Shown piece by piece: positions 28,032 through 37,958 of a stretch of 64,000 nucleotides of DNA. This DNA comes from a virus. Made by a program: the position numbers and the translations under genes. Each line of letters begins with the position of its first letter. Within the stretch, counting starts at the first letter, position 1. Where the stretch lies: IMG/VR virus record IMGVR_UViG_3300045049_000286, positions 32,001 to 96,000 of that record. One strand, 5' to 3'. The notes beneath the pieces are model-generated. The model made no database searches. It was given only the letters and a program-made list of their open reading frames with translations, and was not told the DNA's origin.

Positions 28032-28324
28032 TGGGTGTAATCCTCCTTCGGCACCATGCCGACGATGCGGAACGTGCAGCCGCGCAACTCGCCGCGCGCG
28101 GCCGTGGTCATGCGCGCGAAAGCGGCTTCGGCTTCCTCACGCGAATTGGCGCGCGTGGATTTGGTGAACGGGTAAGCGTCGTGCGGGGACGTCATGTCCG
28201 CGCACCAGACGTCTTTGATCCCCGCCAGGGTGAGACGCGCGCGCCGTTGCTCACGCGTCTCAGGTGCGCGGTGCGCGCGCATGAACATATGGCGGGTGAG
28301 TCTGTACGCCTGGGCGTTCTTCAC
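28028..28324 (-). CDS. small basic hypothetical protein
   Basis: GGAGGG RBS, GTGA overlap. Confidence 0.6.
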   Translation of the reverse strand: MKNAQAYRLTRHMFMRAHRAPETREQRRARLTLAGIKDVWCADMTSPHDAYPFTKSTRANSREEAEAAFARMTTAARGELRGCTFRIVGMVPKEDYTQ

Positions 28325-29178
28325 ACCTTCCCTCCCTGCATCTTGATCAACTGCTCGGCGCGGCGGATCTTGTCGTTCGCGCGTGCGACCTTTCGCGCGT
28401 CGCCCTTAGCGGCGTGACGCTCCGCGATAGCCGTTGCCAGCAGCGCGCGACCGGTTGCGATGAGTGCGTCACGCGCGCCTTGCTCGGCGCGCATCCGCTC
28501 GAACTCCACTGCCGCGCTCTGCTGCGCCGCGAGGTCCCTTTCCGCGCGCGTGCGGTCGCGTCGCGCGTTCATTCCGCGACCGCGCACGAAAACCACGGGC
28601 TCAGAACTCTTCGGACGCTGCCCGCCCGGATTGCGCAAGTCGCGCACGCCGTAGGTTCGCGTCGTGCTCTGCTGCTTTCCCTCACCAGCGGGACGCTGGG
28701 CGCGGAACCACTCCTCACGCGCTTTCGGGTCGGCCGGAATTTCGGGCGCGGCCGTACTCTCGAAAACGTTGTGGCGCTCCGCGATGTCCGGGGCGGGCGT
28801 GGCCATGTCCGGCACGAAACCGGCGCGCGGACGCACACCAGCGGGCAGGCCACGGTTACCGCGCCCAGGACGGTTCGGCCGGTCACGGTCGCCCGGATAG
28901 GGATTGACGGAGGGAACGCGCACGGGCGAGTTTGCGCCGGGCGACGGGGCACCCTGGTAACGCATCAAACGGCCGTTGCGCGTGCGCTTGATCACGGGGG
29001 CAGGGTTCGGCACGTGGTCCGCACGCTCCGAAGCGGGAACGTTCGCAAGGGTGCCTTTCGGCAGCTTGCCTGCCAGCGCGTCACGAATCGGCGCAGCCAT
29101 GACGAAATGGCTTGTCACTCCTGCGGTCGGCTCACTGGCAAGGCCCATGCGTGCCAGTTCGAAAGCGGAAAGCGGCAT
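28321..29178 (-). CDS. Arg/Pro-rich hypothetical protein, first gene of the leftward run
   Basis: GAGGGG RBS; C-terminal helical region. Confidence 0.6.
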   Translation of the reverse strand: MPLSAFELARMGLASEPTAGVTSHFVMAAPIRDALAGKLPKGTLANVPASERADHVPNPAPVIKRTRNGRLMRYQGAPSPGANSPVRVPSVNPYPGDRDRPNRPGRGNRGLPAGVRPRAGFVPDMATPAPDIAERHNVFESTAAPEIPADPKAREEWFRAQRPAGEGKQQSTTRTYGVRDLRNPGGQRPKSSEPVVFVRGRGMNARRDRTRAERDLAAQQSAAVEFERMRAEQGARDALIATGRALLATAIAERHAAKGDARKVARANDKIRRAEQLIKMQGGKV

Positions 29179-29229
29179 AGCGGTCCCCTCTCTGGTTTTC
29201 GTGGGATACGGGAATTGGTGCCTAGGTGG

Positions 29230-31000
29230 GTTCCGATGGTTCCCACCTACGGGCGCGGTGCGTCTAAGCCATGTCTCAGGCTCAAACCGGCGCACCGCGC
29301 CCCTAGGCGAAGGTTGTGCGTGCCTCTCGCTACGCGTTCGGCACGTCAGAGAAAGCGCGCCTGCCAAGCGCACATATCTCCCGCCCGTTTCCTCTCCTCG
29401 TTACGGGCAGAACTCACGTCACCACATGTCACCGCACGCCGTGCCAGCACGGGAGCGTGTCATTCGGCTACTTGCTTTCGCGTGGCAATGCACGGTCAGT
29501 GCGCATGTAAAAGGCGCACCGCTCCCAATGCATCGCAGACGCTATTCGCGTTCGCGTCACCTAGCCATGCGCACGGCGCATGACTGACATGGTGGGGATG
29601 TAGCGCGGCGGACCGCGCGGGACATAGCTGTCCCGTTGTCAAGGAACTCGCGAGAGGGCAGACCCCTCCCCTTGCAGCGCTACCGGCGCGGCCGACGCGG
29701 AAGATCACGCGCCCAAACCCGCGCTCACCGGACCGGCCACTCAACCCCCCGCGTAGCGGGTGGGGAGCCTGCCTGCCGTCCGTGGTGGCGACGGGAACAA
29801 CCATCCTCGCTTTTGGTCTCAGAACGAGCACACCCATATAACAGCGAGATAACTATAGGGAAGACGCAGGTCAGAGCCTATGTGATCAAGGAAAATAATT
29901 CCGTCCGCACGCGCAGCGATGTCCCGCTATGCCGCGTATGCCCGTTTCTCCAAGATCACCGTTACATAAAAGTGATGTCGGCTTTGGGCATGAAATTCGC
30001 ATATGTCTAGTCCAAAACGAACTAGGACAGACAGGGGCAAGCTGTGACACGCGCCGGGCCGCGAACTCGCGCAAGGCCCCGCCAGCGCGTCTTTTGCCCC
30101 AAAATGTCCGTCTCAAAATATGGACGCGCGGGGGACAAATAGGACACGCCCGAAACGGGCCTACAGGGTATCTCTCGCACGCGTAACCCCTACTCAGGTA
30201 CCGCGCGCCAACCGCTACCCGCGCGCGTCTGAGACGTGCCCTAGGTGCGTTTTTCGGGCCTGCTAGGTCTCCAGCCGTACCCGCCCCTAGTCCACTTCCC
30301 CGCCTCCCCGGCGCAAGCGGACGCGCCCGCTCCATGTGACGCGGCGTCAAGCGGAGGTTCGCGCTCCGGCGGGAGTTGGTGCCAGCGCGCCATGCGGACG
30401 GCCACGCTCCGTGTGATGCCGCATCACATGGACGCAGAGCCTCCGCTATCGCTCTCCGTGACAACCGGCATTTGTCGCATGTCGGATACGTACGATGTAC
30501 GCGGGTATGAGGGAGCATGTCGGACATCGCGCGAATGTCGCGGATGCCAGGTGTGCCCGACATGTGATGACATGACGGACATAAGCAGTACCTCCCGCGA
30601 TGTCCGTTTTTTCTCTTACCAATATTCTTACTTAAATCCTCGTGATCAAGATATGCGCGGAGAGTATTTTGATCATGGCCTAAAGTGATGCTGACGCACG
30701 GTAATGGTTATTACTGTGCGTGAGAACAGGCATTTCGGACAGCTACGCGCGTAAACGTATGATGTCCAACCATATGCACTCATGGGGGTTTGAAGTGGTG
30801 CAGAAATGGGGATTCCAGGCGTATGCGGTGATGTCCCGCTAAATACGGACATAGATGGACGACCCCCCACCATTAAGTCATTTCCTCCCAAAACGGGCGG
30901 CCTGGTCCCGAGCGCACATCGCCGCGATACGCGCATAGGCAGTGTCCGCCGGCCGGGCAGTATCACTGTACGTGAAAATCGGCCCTCCGCACGGGCATGG
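29230..31000. repeat. non-coding divergence region with dispersed ATGTCC(C)G/CGGACAT motifs
   Basis: No credible ORF, lower GC; motif copies near 29618, 29919, 30104, 30479, 30517, 30574, 30600, 30762, 30831, 30846. Confidence 0.55.
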
Positions 31001-31047
31001 GCAAAATACGCAAACCGGGCATGCGGCGGTGGAATATGCTCGCCGGC

Positions 31048-31419
31048 ATGACTGACGCAGACGCTGAGCGCACCGCCCTCACCCCCGAGCTGCTCGCCCA
31101 GGCGCTCGACGAGGTCGACGAGGAGATCGAGCGATGGAAGGACGAAGGGTCGATCGAGGAAGGCAGCGGAGCGGCCGGCTGTCTCGACCTTCTCCGCGAG
31201 GCGCTCGCCCGTCGCGGCATCGAGCTGCCAGACGCACCGGCGGAAAAGGTCGGCGAGGCCCCGCTGGTGACGATCCCGATCCGGACGCGGAAGCCGGCGA
31301 AGTGGCGCTTCGTGGACACCGAGACGGGCGAGGTCTGGCGCTGGGACGTGGCGGCCGGCACGTTCGTGCGCGACGAGGGCACGGTCTACATGGACGCCGG
31401 CGGCGGTCCAACTGCTTGA
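31048..31419 (+). CDS. hypothetical protein
   Basis: Codon use; first rightward ORF. Confidence 0.6.
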   Translation: MTDADAERTALTPELLAQALDEVDEEIERWKDEGSIEEGSGAAGCLDLLREALARRGIELPDAPAEKVGEAPLVTIPIRTRKPAKWRFVDTETGEVWRWDVAAGTFVRDEGTVYMDAGGGPTA

Positions 31420-31559
31420 ATAGTCAGGCCCCTAGGTCGGGGAGCATGGCGCAGGCTGGACACGCGGCCCGCCCGTTTGGGCATCGACTCGCTTCCACGT
31501 CCTGCGCCATGCTGGCGGCCACGCGCCTTTGGAGGCCGGCGCGGGCGCATAATGCGCTC

Positions 31560-31907
31560 GTGACCGATCAACTCGACTTCGACGGCTGCAGCCGCTCGTG
31601 CCGGCCTCGCAAGAAGCCCCGGAAACACACCTTCGTCTGGGGGCAGTGCGCGCACGCCGAGCGGCCCGAGCAGCGCATCAACATCGGCCCGCGCGTGTTC
31701 AAAGCCGAGGACGGCGAGATGTCCATCGGCTACGAGACGTTCACCTTGACCCAGATGGCCGACAAGGTCGAGGCCGCGCTGCGGTCGGTGGAAGCGCGCC
31801 TCGGCCCGTACGGCTTCTCTGCGCGGGGTGCCGCCGGCGGCCTTACCGGCGCGGAGTACCAGGCGATGGCGCTGGCGGTGGCGCGGATGCTGGCCGGCGA
31901 TGAGTGA
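31560..31907 (+). CDS. hypothetical protein
   Basis: ORF overlapping the next gene. Confidence 0.55.
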   Translation: MTDQLDFDGCSRSCRPRKKPRKHTFVWGQCAHAERPEQRINIGPRVFKAEDGEMSIGYETFTLTQMADKVEAALRSVEARLGPYGFSARGAAGGLTGAEYQAMALAVARMLAGDE

Positions 31908-32103
31908 GCCGGCGGACTTCGTGGTGGAGACCTTCGAGGACGGCAGCCAGCGCACGCGGCTGGACCGGCTCACCGACGGTCGCGTGATGTGCTGCATCTG
32001 CTTCGAGTACGTCACCCGTGAGCGTCTCAACCTGCTGCCAGACGGGCGGGTTGAGGACGTGTGCGTGGACTGCGCCAGGGCGGAGGGGCGAGCGCTCCCG
32101 TAA
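31900..32103 (+). CDS. small Zn-finger protein
   Basis: CCIC...CVDC. Confidence 0.55.
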   Translation: MSEPADFVVETFEDGSQRTRLDRLTDGRVMCCICFEYVTRERLNLLPDGRVEDVCVDCARAEGRALP

Positions 32104-32203
32104 ATGTCGCGGCGTCACATTTTCGCAAAGGTCCGGTGCATATGCGCTGCGGTCTGGGAGGGTTGCGTCTCTACATCCCTCTCACACGTTGGGGAAGACC
32201 GTC

Positions 32204-32713
32204 ATGGCTATGCCTGGTTACACGCCGCCGGCCGCTGCTGAGCAGCCGAAGAAGAAGGGGGGCTGCGCGAAGGTCGGGTGCCTGGGCGCGGCCGGCGTCC
32301 TGGTGCTCGTCGCGGTGGTGGCCGTCGCGGCGAACTACGGGTCGTCGTCGAGTAGTTCGTCGGCTGGTGGTGCGACGTCGAAGGCTGCCGCGCCGGCGTC
32401 GGGTGCTGCGGCGCCGGTGACGTCGAAGGCTGCCGCGCCGGCGGTGGTGCTCAAGCTCGCGGGCAACGGCATCAAGAACTCGCCCCAGTTCACCACCGGC
32501 GACAACTGGACCGTCAACTACAGCTACGACTGCTCGGGCGTACTCGGGGGCCAGGGGAACTTCCAGGTCTACGTGGACTACCCGGGCGGGGACGTCGCGG
32601 TGAACGAGCTGGGGGCGAAGGGTGCTTCGAGCAGCTCGGAGTCGGGTGCGGGGGCGCATTCGCTCAAGGTCGTGTCGGAGTGCCCGTGGACGGTGACGGT
32701 GACGAACGGCTGA
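32204..32713 (+). CDS. membrane-anchored extracytoplasmic protein
   Basis: KKKGGC + TM helix, Ser/Ala linker with duplicated TSKAAAPA, beta-rich domain. Confidence 0.8.
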   Translation: MAMPGYTPPAAAEQPKKKGGCAKVGCLGAAGVLVLVAVVAVAANYGSSSSSSSAGGATSKAAAPASGAAAPVTSKAAAPAVVLKLAGNGIKNSPQFTTGDNWTVNYSYDCSGVLGGQGNFQVYVDYPGGDVAVNELGAKGASSSSESGAGAHSLKVVSECPWTVTVTNG

Positions 32714-33575
32714 CTTGCCCCTGGCGTGTCGCGGTGAACCCGCAGCTCGGAGGGGTGGCGCGCGGAAATGCGCATGGTTAGGTTGCGAATGCGCACCGTG
32801 AATGCAACAGTGGTGGCCGTCCGGAAGCGGGGCCCGAATCCCTGCCAGGGACGGCTGTCACCTGCATGTATGGCTGCGTCTGGCTTTGCGTAGGTTGCAG
32901 TCCCTTTTGGGCGCCGGCGCGTCCAGCACACTCCTCAACGCGCTGGCGCCCACTTGATCGACCGCCGCGTGCATGGGTACTCCACAAGTCCCGGAGGTGG
33001 CGGTTTGGAGGCCGGCCTTTTTCGGGAGGTCGGACGAGGCCGGCCTCCGCCCATGCTCCCGGCGAGCCGTTCGTCACCCCTTGCCTCGCCGGGCGGCGGG
33101 CGTCCTGCCGGATCGTCAGGCGGCGAAGGACGGGGCGCCCGCCATACTGATCGGCCGGCGTGCGGGGAGCCGTCGGCCGTGGGCGCCGGTTGCCCATTCC
33201 CCCCTTGGCCGGCGTCCCATGTGGCCGGTTTCCGACGCCCGGCCGCCGGCTCGCAGCGTGTGTTCGTCGTCACCGCGCTGCGAGCCGTGCATTTTTTCTC
33301 CGGCGTGGCGCGTGCGTCTGTTGCGTGTGCGTAGCGCTAGCGTTCTGGGCCGTGACCTGGGGGTTGGCGTGGGAATGGTCAACTCTCCTTACTGCCTATG
33401 AGTTTGCTCTGAGCGTGTCTCGCGGTGCGGAGGGGGCCGGTGTGAAATTTGAGAAAGGTCTTGATGTGTGCGCTGTGCGCATTAAGCTCCGATCATCGAG
33501 CGGCTGAAAATGCTTGCACCGACTTGCGGTTCGGTGTGGCTGCCGCATGTCTTGACGCGGGATGAGGGGGCACAG

Positions 33576-33881
33576 GTGAGCACGACACCGTTGTTGCCGC
33601 ATGTCCACGAGCTGATGGCCCGTACGGAGCGGCCTGGGACGTACGAGCCGTCCTCGGCGGGCATGGCGCACGTGGCGGAGACTCAGGAGGCGTACCACGA
33701 GACGCCGGAGGAGGTGCGGCTGTTGCTGCAGGGTGGCGCGATTGAGGCCCTGCGGCACGGGTTCTACGGCGCCGCGCACGTGTTGGTGACCGAGTTGGCG
33801 CTCGGGGAGCCGCAGTGGCGTGACTGGCTGGCGGTGGCGGCGGCGCGGGATTTCGTGACCGCGCTGCGGGATGTCGCGTAA
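33576..33881 (+). CDS. hypothetical protein
   Basis: GAGGGGG RBS. Confidence 0.6.
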   Translation: MSTTPLLPHVHELMARTERPGTYEPSSAGMAHVAETQEAYHETPEEVRLLLQGGAIEALRHGFYGAAHVLVTELALGEPQWRDWLAVAAARDFVTALRDVA

Positions 33882-33929
33882 GGGAGCGGTCCTGATGGCG
33901 TGGGACGACATCATCCGGATGGAGAGGCC

Positions 33930-34274
33930 ATGAGTGAGGAGTGGCGTCCGCAGCAGATGGTGCGGGTGCGCAGGATGTTCGAGCGGCTGCGGCAGGTGTT
34001 CGCGCCGGATGGTCAGTTCATGGAGCGTGTGAGGCGCGACACGCTGCTGTACGACAAGGACGAGGCGCAGGTTAGGGCCGTGTTGCGGGCCGGCGCGAGC
34101 ATGGCACTCGAACGGGGGTTCGATGAGCAGGCGTACACTGCCACGCGGGAGCTGGTGATCCGCTCTCCGCGCCAGCGGAGCTGGAGGGTCGTGGTTGCCG
34201 TCATCCAGTGGCTGGAGAATTGGCTTGAACGCGATCAAGGGGGTTCTCCAGCGGATGTGGTGCCGGCGGTGTGA
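33930..34274 (+). CDS. hypothetical protein
   Basis: GGAGAGG RBS. Confidence 0.65.
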   Translation: MSEEWRPQQMVRVRRMFERLRQVFAPDGQFMERVRRDTLLYDKDEAQVRAVLRAGASMALERGFDEQAYTATRELVIRSPRQRSWRVVVAVIQWLENWLERDQGGSPADVVPAV

Positions 34275-34417
34275 CGGTGGGGCCGGCATCGCCATAGAGA
34301 AGGCAGTGTGTCCGGCGCGTCACCCTGTGGCGGCGTTGCGGCCGTGGGTTCCGAGGGTCTGTCCGGACTGTAAGGGGACGAATTGGATCACGCTGCGTTA
34401 GTTGGCGTCCTGGATGT

Positions 34418-34454
34418 ACGAAAGCTCCCGCGAGAGGTGCGCGGGGGCTTTCGT
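34418..34454. terminator. bidirectional terminator-like hairpin
   Basis: ACGAAAGCTCCCGCG/CGCGGGGGCTTTCGT. Confidence 0.65.
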
Positions 34455-34525
34455 CGTTCTGGCCGTCTGATGATTTTTTCGGACGGTAGTGCTGGTCAAG
34501 CGGTTTGACGCTCCGTCAGTGCGCT

Positions 34526-34554
34526 GCATATGCATCACTATCTCGCGCATATGT
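34526..34554. promoter_or_regulatory. paired GCATATG(C/T) sites (putative operator)
   Basis: GCATATGC at 34526 and GCATATGT at 34547, 21 bp apart. Confidence 0.6.
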
Positions 34555-34627
34555 CTTCCGATCTTGCTACTGGGAGTGCTACCAAAGACACAGAGCGCAA
34601 CACGGCGCTCGTGACCGAGGAGGCCCC

Positions 34628-34876
34628 ATGGCCCAGGACATCGACAAGATCGCGATCTACGCCGCCAGCGTGATCGGCGAGCCGGAGACGCTGTGCGGCG
34701 GCGGCCAGGACAACGACGGTTCCATGGAGTCCTGCGTCCGGTACATCCCCGTCGAGGGCGGCGTGGCGCTGCAGGACACCAAGCTCGGCGACGGCAGCCC
34801 GGAGCTGCGGTTCGACGTGGACGAGCTGCGTGCCCTGGGCCGCAAGATCCGCGACGAGCACGGCCTGGACGTGTAG
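34628..34876 (+). CDS. DUF397-like small protein
   Basis: SCV...GGVALQDTKLGDGSPELRF..EL matches the DUF397 core (CV...RDSK..GP.L.F); GAGGAGG RBS. Confidence 0.7.
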   Translation: MAQDIDKIAIYAASVIGEPETLCGGGQDNDGSMESCVRYIPVEGGVALQDTKLGDGSPELRFDVDELRALGRKIRDEHGLDV

Positions 34877-34960
34877 TCCTGCAGTCCTTCCCGCATGAAG
34901 CAGGGCGCCCTTGCGCTAATCAAGGGCGCCCTGCGCCGTTCCCAGCGTAGGAGATCTTGC

Positions 34961-35854
34961 ATGAAGCTCGAAAGCCTCTTCCCCGGCGAGGACCTGCACA
35001 CCGCGTGGCCCGCCAAGCCGCTGCTGCACCACCACGGCCCCGGCGCGTTCGACCACCTGCTCACCCTCCAGCAGGTCGACGACCTGATCGACCACGACTG
35101 CCTGCCGATGGGCAACGTCGCGATCCTGCAGGACAACAGGCCCGTGGACGACCGCCTCTACGTGGGCGAGCAGGGCCTGCCCCGGCGCGGCGCCGTGCGC
35201 GCGTACCTGGACGCCGGTGCAACGCTGTCGGTGCGCGGCATGGAGCGCCTGTTCCCGCGCCTGGCGGAGCTGCGCGATGAGTACCAGGAGCAGACGGGGT
35301 ATCTGACGCACATTAACGCGTACTACACGCCTCCTGGGCAGCAGGGCCTCAAGTACCACTACGACCCGTACGCGACGCTGGTCCTGCAGATCTCCGGGGC
35401 CAAGGTGTGGCCGTTCCACGAGCCGTTCGTGGAGAACCCGGTGCAGGAGTTCGAGAGCTTCCACACGCGTGGGTTCACCGAGGAGGAGAAGGAGATCCTG
35501 CGGACGACGAAGGCCCCGTTCACGCAGATCCTGACCCCCGGGGATGCCTTCTTTCTGCCTCGCGGGTATCCGCACTCGCCGTTCAATGGCACGCCGGACG
35601 AGCCGTCGCTGCACATCACGATCGCGCTCAAGGAGCGGCCCCGGGTGTGGTTCGTGAGGCAGCTCCTGGCCGAGGTCGAGGCGCAGGCGATCCAGCGGCC
35701 GGACATGCGGGTGGCGGTGCGGCCGTCGCGGGTCACGGACGACCCGATGCCGGCGGTCGAGGACGCGGTGGAGTGGCTGCTGGGTGCGCTGCAGGTTCTG
35801 CCGAAGGAGGACTTCGCCCGCCGCATCGTCCACGCGGCGCGGACGGAGCGCTAG
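34961..35854 (+). CDS. JmjC/cupin 2-oxoglutarate-Fe(II) oxygenase (YcfD/RoxA-like)
   Basis: NAYYTP..QGL..HYD...LVLQISGAKVW, LTPGDAFFLPRGYPH, SLHITI: HxD...H triad intact. Confidence 0.88.
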   Translation: MKLESLFPGEDLHTAWPAKPLLHHHGPGAFDHLLTLQQVDDLIDHDCLPMGNVAILQDNRPVDDRLYVGEQGLPRRGAVRAYLDAGATLSVRGMERLFPRLAELRDEYQEQTGYLTHINAYYTPPGQQGLKYHYDPYATLVLQISGAKVWPFHEPFVENPVQEFESFHTRGFTEEEKEILRTTKAPFTQILTPGDAFFLPRGYPHSPFNGTPDEPSLHITIALKERPRVWFVRQLLAEVEAQAIQRPDMRVAVRPSRVTDDPMPAVEDAVEWLLGALQVLPKEDFARRIVHAARTER

Positions 35855-35870
35855 CGTGGGGCCTGTGAAC

Positions 35871-36353
35871 ATGCAGGAGTACCGCGCGCCGGCCATCGAC
35901 TGGCGCTCGCGGCTGGAGGGCCCCGTCGTGCCCGGGTTGCACTACCACGGGTACACGTGGGCGGGGGACGCTGGGGATCTCGCCAGCTACAAGCTCACGA
36001 ACCTGGAGCGGCGGGTGGAGGGCCCCCAGTTTCTGTCCTCGGACCTGCCGCCGGAGCTGGTCGCTCACTACCTGCTGCGACCCGCCGGGGCGCATCGGCG
36101 GGACCAGGTGTGGCACTCGCCGGCCGAGGCGGCGGACTGGATACTGGAGCGCTACCTGGAGAACCCCGAGACCCAGCCGTACGCGGACCCCGAGAACACG
36201 CGGCTGTTCCACGAGGTGACCCTGGAGCACGGACGCGACACGGTTTGGCGGTGGCGCGTGGTGCCCTGTCACCCGCGCAAGTTCTCCACGACCGTGGTGT
36301 GCTGTCCGAACCAATGGGACACCAGCCTCGCGTGTCCCCTGCGCATTCCGTAG
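35871..36353 (+). CDS. hypothetical protein
   Basis: ORF 16 bp after the JmjC gene; ends CCPN...CP. Confidence 0.7.
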   Translation: MQEYRAPAIDWRSRLEGPVVPGLHYHGYTWAGDAGDLASYKLTNLERRVEGPQFLSSDLPPELVAHYLLRPAGAHRRDQVWHSPAEAADWILERYLENPETQPYADPENTRLFHEVTLEHGRDTVWRWRVVPCHPRKFSTTVVCCPNQWDTSLACPLRIP

Positions 36354-36488
36354 CGACGCTGCTACATTTTCGAGGCGGCCTCCAGTGCCGCCATCCGGCG
36401 CCCGCCTGTGTGCGCCCGGGTGAACCCCCCGCTGCGTGGGACCGTCTGCGGGGGGTTCCCGCATTTCCAAGCGATACGGTCGCGGACG

Positions 36489-36947
36489 ATGACGATTACA
36501 TCTGCGCAGCTCAGGATGGCTTGTTCCGGCTGTGGTGCGGTGCGGCACGCCACGTTCAAGGGCATGTCGATGAGCGCGATCCGGCGGGAATGCATGAACA
36601 GGTACGGGTGGGATCTGGGCGACGACGAGGTCGTGTGCGCCTTCTGCCGCTCCCCGCAGGGGGCGGAGCTTCGGGAGTTCTCCCAGTACCGCGCGGAGAT
36701 GCAGCGGCTTCGCGACGCGGTCGGGTACTCCTCGATGGGCACCCGCGCCTACAACACGCTGATGCGGCGCGGCGTCGCGACGCTGGCGGACCTGCACAGG
36801 GTTTCTTCGGAGGAGGTGAAGACGTGGATGTACGTGGGTGGTGCGACGTTCGAGTTCATCGAGCGGGTGCGGCGGGAGAATCCGCCGGCGTCGCCGGGCG
36901 GTGAGGGCGACGACCAGGTGGCGGCGGCCCAGGACGGTGGTCGCTGA
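36489..36947 (+). CDS. Zn-ribbon + RNA polymerase alpha-CTD-like protein
   Basis: CSGC...CAFC, then TRAYNTLMRRGVATLADL...SEEV....VG. Confidence 0.65.
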   Translation: MTITSAQLRMACSGCGAVRHATFKGMSMSAIRRECMNRYGWDLGDDEVVCAFCRSPQGAELREFSQYRAEMQRLRDAVGYSSMGTRAYNTLMRRGVATLADLHRVSSEEVKTWMYVGGATFEFIERVRRENPPASPGGEGDDQVAAAQDGGR

Positions 36948-37203
36948 GCCGGAGGCGGGGATGCCTGGCTCGATCCAGGCCGCCGCGCGGCTCGGGGAGA
37001 TGCTCCGGGTGGTGCGCAAGGCGATGTGGAACCTGGCCGGCGCGACCCCGCAGGACCGGAAGCTGATCGTGATGTTCGCCGTGGCGGAACGCGAGCTGAT
37101 GGACCTGCAGGAGCTGAACCTGTCACACCCGGGCTGGACTCCGGTGTGGCCGGGCGGCCTGCTGGTGGCGGTGTACGAGTTGGCGAAGGGGTGGGCGTGG
37201 TGA
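36937..37203 (+). CDS. hypothetical protein
   Basis: ORF in packed operon. Confidence 0.5.
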   Translation: MVAEPEAGMPGSIQAAARLGEMLRVVRKAMWNLAGATPQDRKLIVMFAVAERELMDLQELNLSHPGWTPVWPGGLLVAVYELAKGWAW

Positions 37204-37430
37204 AAGGCAGACTGGCGCTGCAGGCGACGGTGTGGACGGCGTTCTACATGGTCGTGGGGATGGGGCTGTGGCACCTGATCGGTGTGGTGGGGGCGCAGCT
37301 TGCGGTGATGCTGGCGGTGGTGGTCGGTGCGTCGCTGTCGCTGGTGGCGGGCTGGGTGTACGAGGACTACCTGGTGCACCGGCTTCGCGAGCAGCGGCAT
37401 GGCGGGGAAATGCGGCACCGTGTCCGGTAG
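37200..37430 (+). CDS. small two-TM membrane protein
   Basis: Two hydrophobic segments; GTGA overlap. Confidence 0.6.
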   Translation: MKGRLALQATVWTAFYMVVGMGLWHLIGVVGAQLAVMLAVVVGASLSLVAGWVYEDYLVHRLREQRHGGEMRHRVR

Positions 37431-37586
37431 TGGCATTTCTGCATTCGTGCGGTAGCGTCTGTGGTGCGCCGAGGTGCGGGTGATCCGCAGTCGCTCCTTC
37501 GGTGCTTTCCACGGGGGTAAGCCCCCTCTCTGTCCGGCTTGGGGGCCGGCGCCGGGGAGGGGGCTTCGTCGCATCTTGGAGGCAGT

Positions 37587-37958
37587 GTGGAAGACGTTTC
37601 GCTCGGCCAGGTCGCGTATACGGCGTACGGCCGCACCACCGGTTTCAAGAACTACCAGGGCCTGCCGATGCCCTCGTGGGAGGACCTGGGGGACACGATC
37701 CGGCGGGCGTGGGAGAACGCCGCCTCGGCCGCGCAGAGCGCCACGCGGATTCTGCTGGCGGCGGCCCAGTCGAGGGCGAACTACGCCGATGTGTGGGCCG
37801 AGCTGGAGGGCTGGGTGCAGGGCGCCTACCAGGAGAACGCGCGGATCGACCCGGCCGAGCTGCTCGGATACATGGACGAGCTGCGGCACCGGGCTCACGG
37901 CCCGCTGCGGGCCTGGATGAACAACCCCACCGGAGCCGGCGAGGAGGGTGCGCGGTGA
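37587..37958 (+). CDS. hypothetical phage protein
   Basis: GGAGG RBS; LGQVAY.AY...MPSWEDL...AW. Confidence 0.7.
   Translation: MEDVSLGQVAYTAYGRTTGFKNYQGLPMPSWEDLGDTIRRAWENAASAAQSATRILLAAAQSRANYADVWAELEGWVQGAYQENARIDPAELLGYMDELRHRAHGPLRAWMNNPTGAGEEGAR

Larger units (their letters stand above)
9809..29178 (-). other. cluster of about 45 small co-oriented hypothetical genes (early/host-takeover type region)
   Basis: Back-to-back minus-strand ORFs with ATGA/GTGA overlaps and AAGGAG RBSs; no recognisable enzymes. Confidence 0.8.

Noticed and set aside
32714-33570. ORF-poor region with several hairpins, possible ncRNA
   Set aside because: No recognisable family or repeated structure; cannot be supported without covariance analysis.
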